A stretch of 53,802 nt of DNA from a virus (Duplodnaviria > Caudoviricetes). The DNA lies in IMG/VR virus record IMGVR_UViG_3300034072_000696, positions 1 to 53,802 of that record; one strand, written 5' to 3'. Of the stretch, positions 46,549 to 53,802 are shown piece by piece. The notes beneath the pieces were generated by a model, which worked only from the letters and a program-made list of their open reading frames with translations, did not search any database and was not told where the DNA came from. The number at the start of each line of letters is the position of its first letter. Position 1 is the stretch's first letter. The position numbers were made by a program, and so were the translations under genes.

Positions 46549-48796
46549 GGTCTTGGTCCTTGTCGAAATAGTGGGGGTGATACTCGTGGTTGGTCCGCGC
46601 TGCGGTCGAAGTACACAAACGCATTTCGCGCAGTCGTTCCTTTTCGTCGGCGACTTCTTCGTCCTCGGGGTACTCGTCCTCGCAGTCCTCGTGGATGGTG
46701 ATCTCCTCGCCCTCATGGATCACCGTGACGGTGTCGCTCTTATGTGCGTAGTCGTTGCCATCCAGGTCGGGCCGGTCGAGTTGGACCGCCAGGTCGGGGT
46801 GGATCAACCCCCGGCTCGTGTCGACCAGGTCGTCGAGGTCGTAGTATTTGCCGGACTCGCTACACATATGGACGTTGAAGTGGTGCTCGTCGCCTTCGCG
46901 GTAGCTCTCGCCATCCGTCTCGCAGTAGATGACGTTGTCGTCGTGTATCCACGCCGTCGCCTGCCCATAGTTTCGGTTGTAGACGTTGGCGCGGGTGTAG
47001 TCGATACTCAGGCAGTGGTTGCACACGCAACGGTCTTCATATACACCGACGTAGTTCACTTCATCCTCGGAGTAGATGTCACCGTCGCAGTCCTCGCATA
47101 CCGCGATACGGGTGTCTAGCTCCACGTACCCCGAGGCGCTCGACGTGTAATCCGCGCAGCCCGTGGTGGCGACCATGTAGTCATCGCCCTCGGTCCAGTC
47201 GACTCCGTCGGTGTCTCCGTCCAGATACGGCACGATCAGCATGTCGCCGTTATAGACCCGGGCCGCGAGCTTCACGCCATCGAGGGTTTCATGGCATTCG
47301 CGATACCCCGATTTACGCAGCAGGAGCGCGAGGCGGCCGTCGCCATAGACACGGACGTAGGTCTTTTTGTCCTCATTCACGATGGACCGCGCATACACAC
47401 GCTCCTCGTCGCCGATATAGGCCAAGCGGAGGCCGTTACCTGCATACGCGTAAGCACGTACAGGGTGGTTAATGCCGTGCAGCTCGGAGTCGATGTGGCG
47501 GCTCGATGGGTGGTTGTACATCATGCACGAGCTGAAACCGTGGGCGTGCTCATACACCCATTCCCATCCGTCGGGATCGGTGTTCTCTTTGAACTGGAGC
47601 TGGTTGCACGCCTCCTCCTTCTTCGCTTCGATGTTGAAGGTCTCGACGAAATCCTTGATGGCCTTCTCGTCATACACATCCGAATAGAAGCGGGTCAGGT
47701 ATCGCCCGGGCTTGATCTTGGTGAACTTACCATTGAGCAGCGCGTCGATGCTGCGGGCATAGGCCAACATCGTGGGGTCTTCGGTGCTGACGTGCATCGC
47801 ATGGAAGAACGTCTCGACCTTGCCCCAGCCGATCGCGAGCGGGAAGTTCCGCCAGTCGCCGCAAGCGACCTTCGCCCCGAACGCGTCGAGCGCCACGCGC
47901 ACATGCTCGGGCACAACCTGCTCGAACACGCTGTACCCCGGGCGCACCAAATGCCCGAAGACCGGGTCATCCCCCAGCAGCTCCAGCGCGGCGACGATGT
48001 CTTTCTTGGCCACCGTGATCGCCTTGGCTACCCGGCGGCCGTGTGAGTGGTGCATCTGAATGTGCTGGAGCGCGTCCCTGCGATGGTTGTGCTCATACAA
48101 GGCGCTGCGTTTGGACGACGGCAGGTTGCCCAGTCGCATGTTCTTCTTAATGGCGGCGCGCAGCGCGGAGCGTTTCTGATCCTGATAGACCTTGGTCCAG
48201 TACGCGTTATGGCGCTCGTACTGCTCCAGGGACACCGGATCGGCCCGCACCGCGTCGGTGATGGAAATGAGGTCCGGCTTGTAGACGGTTTCCAGCGCAC
48301 CCAGAAGATTAGATGTCATGGTCGTAGCTCCAGCAGAAGGGTCGTTTTTCGGTGATGCATTCGAGTGCGGCTCGATACCAGGCGAAGTACCGCCGCGCAG
48401 TGGGTCGCGGAGTCGTTCGCGCCACATGCGAAGCAGGTTGGACGCGCTCATCGGGTCGGGGTCGTTCCCTGGGGGCGGGTCCGGGGGTGCCGGCCGGACG
48501 ATCCGCGCTGGCTGTTGCCGCCACGGATACAGGTCGTCGCCTTGCATGGCGCGGTCGGTCGCTGTCATCAGCCTCGGGGGGACAGGAGAAGTCATGCATG
48601 TCTGCACCTCCTGGTCCGCGCCCATATCGCCGGCGAGCAGATACTGAACACGAAACTGCGCATCCCGCGTGACTGCCTCGCGGTACTGCTGCATGCGGTA
48701 GTCCCGAATTTCGTCGATGATCGCGAGGTCCAGCTCGTTACCCCGGAGCGACGCGGCGGAACGGATGAACTGCGGGGGCGGTGGGTGTATTGGCAT
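46463..48796 (-). CDS. Large SCM-motif protein with CxxC repeats and ssrA-like C-terminus (alternative start 48319)
   Basis: KPGRYL, SSCM, ARS.V, RVYG, PYLD, CxxC..CxxC, ends ARDERFCLAA. Confidence 0.75.
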   Translation of the reverse strand: MPIHPPPPQFIRSAASLRGNELDLAIIDEIRDYRMQQYREAVTRDAQFRVQYLLAGDMGADQEVQTCMTSPVPPRLMTATDRAMQGDDLYPWRQQPARIVRPAPPDPPPGNDPDPMSASNLLRMWRERLRDPLRGGTSPGIEPHSNASPKNDPSAGATTMTSNLLGALETVYKPDLISITDAVRADPVSLEQYERHNAYWTKVYQDQKRSALRAAIKKNMRLGNLPSSKRSALYEHNHRRDALQHIQMHHSHGRRVAKAITVAKKDIVAALELLGDDPVFGHLVRPGYSVFEQVVPEHVRVALDAFGAKVACGDWRNFPLAIGWGKVETFFHAMHVSTEDPTMLAYARSIDALLNGKFTKIKPGRYLTRFYSDVYDEKAIKDFVETFNIEAKKEEACNQLQFKENTDPDGWEWVYEHAHGFSSCMMYNHPSSRHIDSELHGINHPVRAYAYAGNGLRLAYIGDEERVYARSIVNEDKKTYVRVYGDGRLALLLRKSGYRECHETLDGVKLAARVYNGDMLIVPYLDGDTDGVDWTEGDDYMVATTGCADYTSSASGYVELDTRIAVCEDCDGDIYSEDEVNYVGVYEDRCVCNHCLSIDYTRANVYNRNYGQATAWIHDDNVIYCETDGESYREGDEHHFNVHMCSESGKYYDLDDLVDTSRGLIHPDLAVQLDRPDLDGNDYAHKSDTVTVIHEGEEITIHEDCEDEYPEDEEVADEKERLREMRLCTSTAARTNHEYHPHYFDKDQDHDQATIARAAHATLANTQARDERFCLAA

Positions 48797-48807
48797 GTCA
48801 GATACTC

Positions 48808-48852
48808 GCTAACGTGTAAGCATATTATACACATAAGAGCGTACGTGTAAGC
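48808..48852 (-). promoter_or_regulatory. Leftward -10 box flanked by two operators
   Basis: GCTAACGTGTAAGC 48808-48821, ATTATA 48824-48829, GCGTACGTGTAAGC 48839-48852. Confidence 0.7.
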
Positions 48853-48859
48853 ACGTGAG

Positions 48860-49057
48860 TTACGAAAAGCACACGCGGCACAAATAGCGCAGCGCCTCCA
48901 GGGCGCCCCATATCAATGCCGCCGTGCCGATGACCAAAGCCACGTCCGCGAAGAACTCGCCACGTGTGTCCTGCTGCAGACGTCTAGGGCCGTTACGCTC
49001 CAACGGGTCCGGCTCGGGGTAGGCGACACGGGCGCGGCGCTTGTCGTGCGGGGTCAT
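48860..49057 (-). CDS. Small membrane protein
   Basis: 65 aa, C-terminal TM, AAGGAG RBS, ATGA overlap. Confidence 0.6.
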   Translation of the reverse strand: MTPHDKRRARVAYPEPDPLERNGPRRLQQDTRGEFFADVALVIGTAALIWGALEALRYLCRVCFS

Positions 49058-49317
49058 GGCTGCTCCTTCGCGATCAGTTCCTCGACCCGGCCGCAGGTCA
49101 CGAGCATCGTCGCGCTGGGGTCCATGTTGGCGGTCAGGGCGTGCTGCATATTAAGAGCGCCCAGCCAGAACATCGCGATGAGCTGCTGACCCCGCTTGGT
49201 GCGCGGGTTGATCCCGTCATTGGCGAGGATGTTGCAACACGCTTGCTTGAGCGCTTCGCGTTTTTCTTTCGTCAGCACGGGCGGATGAGTGGTGTCGTCG
49301 GGCGAAGTGGTCGTCAT
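49054..49317 (-). CDS. Hypothetical protein
   Basis: 87 aa, ATGA overlaps. Confidence 0.6.
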   Translation of the reverse strand: MTTTSPDDTTHPPVLTKEKREALKQACCNILANDGINPRTKRGQQLIAMFWLGALNMQHALTANMDPSATMLVTCGRVEELIAKEQP

Positions 49318-49601
49318 TCGGGGGCCTTTATATGGACAGTGAGGGGGAGCGCGTCAAAGTTGAGCGGCGGCACGCGCTGCTTAATAGCCCGCGGCATGAT
49401 GTTGAACGCCTGGGGCCAAAACATCGTCCGCAATCCATCCACGCTGACGAAGTAGCTTTTCTTCGCGCCATACCCGGTTCGATGCGCGAACAATTGATAC
49501 GCACCACGCTCGGCGATCAAGACAGGTTCGCGGGGGCGCGGGAAGTTTTCGGGCGGGATGAGGGAGCCAAGGAACTGGCGGGTGACTTTGATTTTCGGCA
49601 T
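49314..49601 (-). CDS. Hypothetical protein
   Basis: ATG 49601 immediately after operator 49604-49617. Confidence 0.55.
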   Translation of the reverse strand: MPKIKVTRQFLGSLIPPENFPRPREPVLIAERGAYQLFAHRTGYGAKKSYFVSVDGLRTMFWPQAFNIMPRAIKQRVPPLNFDALPLTVHIKAPE

Positions 49602-49676
49602 CGGATTACATGTAAGCACGTGACGCGCGGAGTGTAGCATATGCAACACCACAGGCTAGCGGGGCGGACTTTTTGT

Positions 49677-50040
49677 AATAGCCCAGAAGTTTTCACAATT
49701 GGCCCAAAATGGGGTGGGCATTCGGACTATTACGCGAGCCCTTGTGGCACAACGGATTGTGGGATTTTGTTCAAATAGCCCAGCGCCAGAAAAAATATAA
49801 CGCCATATACAATCCCCCGTACCCCGTTTCGCGCTCATTCCACATCGCCGCCCAAAACTCTACATGGGGATTTATTATTTTTTACTGGGCTATTGGTACT
49901 TTGATATATGGAATTGTTGGGAACCCCTACTGCCACAACGATCTTCAAGTGGTGACTTTCGACCGCCCCCCGGATTTACTGGGCTATTATGCGTGACGTT
50001 AGTATAGGAATTCTCGCCAAACCTTGTGGCGCAATGGTTC
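49677..50040. repeat. AT-rich non-coding region with symmetric iteron-like repeats (candidate origin or packaging site)
   Basis: AATAGCCCAG at 49677 and 49774; inverted at 49885 and 49979; CCTTGTGGC(A/G)CAA(C/T)GG near 49740 and 50022. Confidence 0.65.
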
Positions 50041-50129
50041 CCGTGGGGTTCAATCCGGTCCAGACCTGAAATGAAACTAAAACGATACACAGATTGCTTT
50101 CGCATTTCGATTTAGTATCATTTTTTCCG

Positions 50130-50197
50130 CATACGAAAACGGCCCCAAAATCCGTAGATTCCAGAGCCGTTTTCGTATGGCCCCTCTTGCGAGGGGC
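50130..50197 (-). terminator. Tandem RNA hairpins (GCAA loop, then 23-bp stem with UACG loop)
   Basis: GCCCCTC-GCAA-GAGGGGC; CATACGAAAACGGCTCTGGAATC-TACG-GATTTTGGGGCCGTTTTCGTATG. Confidence 0.7.
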
Positions 50198-50275
50198 GCG
50201 GGGTTAGCTGGCGAGGTACTGCGCCAGGGTGAGCGACATCGTGGCGCCGCCCGGCAGGTGCATGACGATCATGGC

Positions 50276-50770
50276 TTACTCCGTTTCCGCGGCCGACACG
50301 CGACCGGCCAGCGCCTTGAGGTCACGAATCAGGTCGGCGTGTTGCACGGTTTTCTTGCCCGCCTCAACTTCACGTTCGGCGCGCTTGATGAGTTCGCGGA
50401 CAGCCTCGGCGACGTCATACACGGACGACACTTGCTGCGGCTTCTTGGCGTGTTGCCACCACGGCAGGCCCAGCAGTTCGGTCGCGTCATACACGCCTTC
50501 GAACGATTTGTTGATGCCAAAGCGCTTGACGCCGTCCGATTCGGATTTGCGGAACATAACCGGCGTATTGGTTTCCGCCCATTTGACGATCGCGGCCAGG
50601 TCGGCGCCGGTCATTTGCTCCAGCAGATGATTGAACGGATCAGCATTGCCTTCGAAGGCGAAGCCAGCGCAACGCACGAGGATCACCTGCACATCGTCGC
50701 GCCATTTGGACGTGCGGGCACCCAAGCGCTTGATATCGGACATGAGTTGCGAGATAGCGGATTTAGCCAT
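50276..50770 (-). CDS. Probable first early protein, hypothetical (164 aa)
   Basis: GGAG RBS before ATG 50770; helical protein. Confidence 0.75.
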   Translation of the reverse strand: MAKSAISQLMSDIKRLGARTSKWRDDVQVILVRCAGFAFEGNADPFNHLLEQMTGADLAAIVKWAETNTPVMFRKSESDGVKRFGINKSFEGVYDATELLGLPWWQHAKKPQQVSSVYDVAEAVRELIKRAEREVEAGKKTVQHADLIRDLKALAGRVSAAETE

Positions 50771-51311
50771 TTTGAGTCTCCAGACAGGGTTTAGTCGCAT
50801 GAAAAAGCGCCCTAGGTAGGACGCTTTCAGATACGCCCGGATTTGCCCGATCCGGGGCGCGCCTGTAACGTGCGGCGCGCATGTATCCTGTCTGTCGTGA
50901 GCCCGTGCGCGGCGGCCGCGGCGGTACTCCCTAAAGCGCGCTTGCCTATCTCCTGATAGTCCCGTCGTGCCTTGCCCCTCAAAACCTTTCGGCCCTGATG
51001 CGCTCGTGCAAGCGGTAAGCATTACGCCCTATGAATCGGCGGTTAAACCGTCTCATAACGGACACCGTTGTTTCGGCCCGGTGCCCCATCCTAGGCATGC
51101 CTTCACATGCCGCCGAGCTTCCCGCGTTTTCTCGGCTTCGCGTCCTACACCTATGGGGCGGAGTAAATGCGCGGCGCGGCGGAACGGATGAAACGGCCTG
51201 GCCGGGGGGAGGGTAGGGGGGGGTGGGACCATGAGGTGATGCGACCCCCACCCCCTTCACGTGTTCCATACACCCCAAGCCCAAAATCCGCTTTGTGTAT
51301 AAAATGCATAC

Positions 51312-51515
51312 ATGCACCCCGTCGACCACAAGCTCCTGCTGACCGGCGTGCGACTCGTAGCCCAAACGGATGACCCGATGTTGCGATCCGCTGTTGCACT
51401 GCTCCTGGATCACGACAGCAGCCAGGCCCCGACCCCGGCGGAATGGAAGGCAATCGGCCTCATCGAGAAGATGTCCGACGCGTACTTCACGCTTCACGGC
51501 CACCGAGTCGCTTGA
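51312..51515 (+). CDS. Small hypothetical protein
   Basis: 67 aa, good codon usage, TATAAA just upstream. Confidence 0.55.
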   Translation: MHPVDHKLLLTGVRLVAQTDDPMLRSAVALLLDHDSSQAPTPAEWKAIGLIEKMSDAYFTLHGHRVA

Positions 51516-51568
51516 CGTAAATTTCCCCCTGCTGTACTCCTTGGGCATTAACGTGCTTACGGGTAAGC
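51512..51568 (+). promoter_or_regulatory. Possible terminase-operon promoter and perfect operator
   Basis: TTGACG 51512-51517, weak -10, GCTTACGGGTAAGC 51555-51568. Confidence 0.55.
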
Positions 51569-51569
51569 A

Positions 51570-51947
51570 GTGGAGCCGACGGAAGAAGACGCGATTGCAG
51601 GGATGGACCTGGCCCGCCGTGGTGCGGCTGCCCGGCTTCCGCTCGTCGTCGAGCACATGTTCGACGTCCTGCGCGACCCCGACTGCCCTGCGGGTAAGTT
51701 CTCGACCGCCGCTGACTTCATCTACAAAGCCTCCGGCATGGCGCAGCGGAATACCCCGTCGCCGACCGGCTCAGGCTTCCAGCTCAACATCGTCCTGGGC
51801 AAGCAGACCCTCTCCCTGGAGGCAGCGCCCCAGGCGGACCTGACGCAGACGACCAAGCTCGAATTCTCGCTCCCGCAACGGGACGCCGCCGAGGCGCGCA
51901 TGCCGGTGACGGTCGACGCCACACCGCTGGACTTCGACGATGAGTGA
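51570..51947 (+). CDS. terS: Terminase small subunit (putative; start uncertain)
   Basis: Position directly before TerL; helical core and GFQLNIVLG beta-strand. Confidence 0.6.
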   Translation: MEPTEEDAIAGMDLARRGAAARLPLVVEHMFDVLRDPDCPAGKFSTAADFIYKASGMAQRNTPSPTGSGFQLNIVLGKQTLSLEAAPQADLTQTTKLEFSLPQRDAAEARMPVTVDATPLDFDDE

Positions 51948-53361
51948 GAACACGATCACATTCACGCCGCCGCCCAGCGTGGAGCCCTTCCTGCTGGCGG
52001 ACAAGTTCGCGAACTTCATCGTAGGCCCGGTCGGCTCGACCAAGACGTCGGGCAGCATCATGAAAATCGCGTACGAGGCGTCACGCGTAGCACCGTGCAA
52101 GGACGGCATCCGCCGGTCGCGCTGCGTCGTCGTCCGTAACACCCGCGAGCAGCTCCGAGACACGACGATCCCGGACTTCCTCAAGTGGTTCCCGGACGGC
52201 GTGGCCGGCGCGTACATCAAGACCGAAGGGCGCTTCATCCTCCGCATCAGCGACATCGAGTGCGAGGTGCTGTTCCGCGGTCTCGATGAGGCCAACGACG
52301 TCCGGCGCCTGCTGTCCCTGCAGCTCACCTTCGGCTTCATGGACGAGTTCCGCGAGATCAACCCGGACATCTACAACGCACTGACCGGCCGCCTGGGTCG
52401 ATACCCCGACAAGAGCATGAACGGCGTCGGCTGCGTGGACGACGAGGGCAACGCGATCTACAAGGTTTGGGGGTCGACCAACCCGCCGGACGAAGGGACG
52501 TTTTGGGAGGAGCTGCTCACCGACCCGCCGGAGAACATGTCTGTCACGTTCCAGCCGAGCGGGCTGTCCGCCGAGGCTGACTGGCTGCACTACCTGCCGG
52601 ACGGCTACTACGAGAACTTGGCCAAGGGCAAGAGCGAGGCATGGATCAACGTCTACATCCACGGAAAGTTCGGCGAGTCCTTGTCTGGCAAGCCGGTGTT
52701 TCGGTGCTTCAATCCCTCGGTTCATGTGGCAAAGAATTCCATGCAGCCGAACCGCGTGTCTGCGAACCCGATCATCATCGGTTTCGACTGCACCGGCCTG
52801 AACCCGGCGGCGGTGATCGGTCAGCTCGGGTTCGAGTCTCGCGCCTACGTCTACGACACGGTCTACGCGACCGACATGGGCGTGTTGCGATTCATCCGCG
52901 AAAAACTCAAGCCTCTCCTGGCGAACAAGTACGCCGGCATGAGCACGGCCATCATCATCGACCCGGCGGGGATGGCCAGAGACTCCGAGGAACGCACTGT
53001 GAAGGACATGCTGGCCGCTGAGGGGCTTATCGCCCGCCCGGCCAGGTCCAACCTCCTGGCGCCGCGCTTGGCAGCCGTCGAGAACCTCCTGACGCGTTTC
53101 GTCGATGGTAGCCCCGGCCTGGTCATCTGCCCGAACGGGAGCAACGCGGACCTCATCGCGGCGTTGCGCAACCGCTACCGATTCAAGATCAACAGCAAGG
53201 GTGAAGCGTCCGACACGCCCGACAAGGCCCACCCGTGGGGCGACATCGCGGACGCGTTCCAGTATTTCTGCCTGCACGCCGACGGCGGCACGATCTTCGG
53301 CGGCGAGATGCGGCGCCAGGCAGTCCAAGTCCACGCAGCCCCGCGAGGCTGGGCGCGTTAA
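51940..53361 (+). CDS. terL: Terminase large subunit
   Basis: GPVGSTKT Walker A, VVRNT..QL..TT, FMDE, STNPP, GFD, IDPAG, DAFQY. Confidence 0.93.
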   Translation: MSENTITFTPPPSVEPFLLADKFANFIVGPVGSTKTSGSIMKIAYEASRVAPCKDGIRRSRCVVVRNTREQLRDTTIPDFLKWFPDGVAGAYIKTEGRFILRISDIECEVLFRGLDEANDVRRLLSLQLTFGFMDEFREINPDIYNALTGRLGRYPDKSMNGVGCVDDEGNAIYKVWGSTNPPDEGTFWEELLTDPPENMSVTFQPSGLSAEADWLHYLPDGYYENLAKGKSEAWINVYIHGKFGESLSGKPVFRCFNPSVHVAKNSMQPNRVSANPIIIGFDCTGLNPAAVIGQLGFESRAYVYDTVYATDMGVLRFIREKLKPLLANKYAGMSTAIIIDPAGMARDSEERTVKDMLAAEGLIARPARSNLLAPRLAAVENLLTRFVDGSPGLVICPNGSNADLIAALRNRYRFKINSKGEASDTPDKAHPWGDIADAFQYFCLHADGGTIFGGEMRRQAVQVHAAPRGWAR

Positions 53362-53378
53362 CCACAGAGGAGCACGAC

Positions 53379-53756
53379 ATGAACGAACCGATCGAGCAGG
53401 AAATCCAGCGCAAGGGCCTGAATGCACCACGCCTGACCCCGAACGACATCGAGGGGAACATCGCCAGCGAGCACTATTTCACCGCGGCAGAGGGCACGCT
53501 GGGCGCCGCCGTGTGGGGCGATTACGCGCCGACCATTGCAGCGGGCAGCTTCGAGCAGCCGAGGCAGTCGCTCGACTGCCTGACGTTCTGCGTGCTGATC
53601 CTCAAGAACGGCTTCACCGTGACCGGCGAATCTGCCTGCGCCAGCCCGGAGAACTTCGACGTCCAGATCGGCCGAAAGATCGCCCGCGAGAACGCGCTCC
53701 AGAAAATTTGGCCGCTCATGGGCTACGAGTTGAAGTCCCGCCTAAAAAGCGCTTGA
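53379..53756 (+). CDS. N4 Gp49 / Sf6 Gp66 family protein
   Basis: APRLTP, LTFCVLILKNGFTVTGESACASPENFD..IGRKIA..NA..KIWPLMGY; GAGGAG RBS. Confidence 0.88.
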   Translation: MNEPIEQEIQRKGLNAPRLTPNDIEGNIASEHYFTAAEGTLGAAVWGDYAPTIAAGSFEQPRQSLDCLTFCVLILKNGFTVTGESACASPENFDVQIGRKIARENALQKIWPLMGYELKSRLKSA

Positions 53757-53782
53757 CACACGCTTACGTGTAAGCATATAAG
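53744..53782 (+). promoter_or_regulatory. Promoter/operator cassette, 37/39 identical to 3516-3554
   Basis: TTGACA 53753-53758, GCTTACGTGTAAGC 53762-53775, TATAAG. Confidence 0.78.
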
Positions 53783-53802
53783 GGGGGAACCACATATGGC
53801 GT

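Noticed and set aside
49656-50105. Short ORFs in the AT-rich region
   Set aside because: Atypical codon usage, no RBS, and they overlap the repeat array
830-53430. Long antisense ORFs (e.g. 830-2926, 4946-6541, 16964-18628, 21548-23131, 25718-27307, 28155-29711, 52081-53430)
   Set aside because: Shadow ORFs of high-GC3 genes on the opposite strand; no RBS or motifs

Overview
The window is nearly a whole GC-rich (about 64% by eye) temperate podovirus-type phage genome, probably of a Betaproteobacterium (inference). It is circularly permuted, and the portal gene appears to fall just outside the window. The + strand (1-23.3 kb) carries morphogenesis and lysis genes: scaffold, major capsid, adaptor and tail proteins, tail fibre, holin/SAR endolysin/Rz-Rz1, ejection proteins and a 2197-aa polyvalent internal virion protein. 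An intact attP (3' end of a tRNA, probably Leu) and a tyrosine integrase follow. The - strand (24.6-50.8 kb) carries the excisionase, replication genes (primase-helicase, SSB-like, SNF2 helicase, HNH, VRR-NUC, Cas4-like nuclease, PolA) and an accessory early region (wHTH paralogs, DHH phosphoesterase, RtcB, SPFH, M28 peptidase, a large SCM-motif protein). Terminase genes and a Gp49/Gp66-family gene close the window. Main observations: (1) 17 dispersed copies of the palindrome GCTTAC-NN-GTAAGC on early and late promoters and inside genes, with no canonical CI repressor visible; (2) a SAM-methyltransferase/PAPS-reductase-like Fe-S fusion and a GNAT embedded among the ejection genes; (3) an SCM-motif protein ending in an ssrA-tag mimic, overlapping an M28 amidohydrolase; (4) two nested +1-frame genes inside the giant virion gene; (5) a tandem 71-nt-period leader upstream of the scaffold gene. 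All family assignments come from motif recognition by eye, with no database search.
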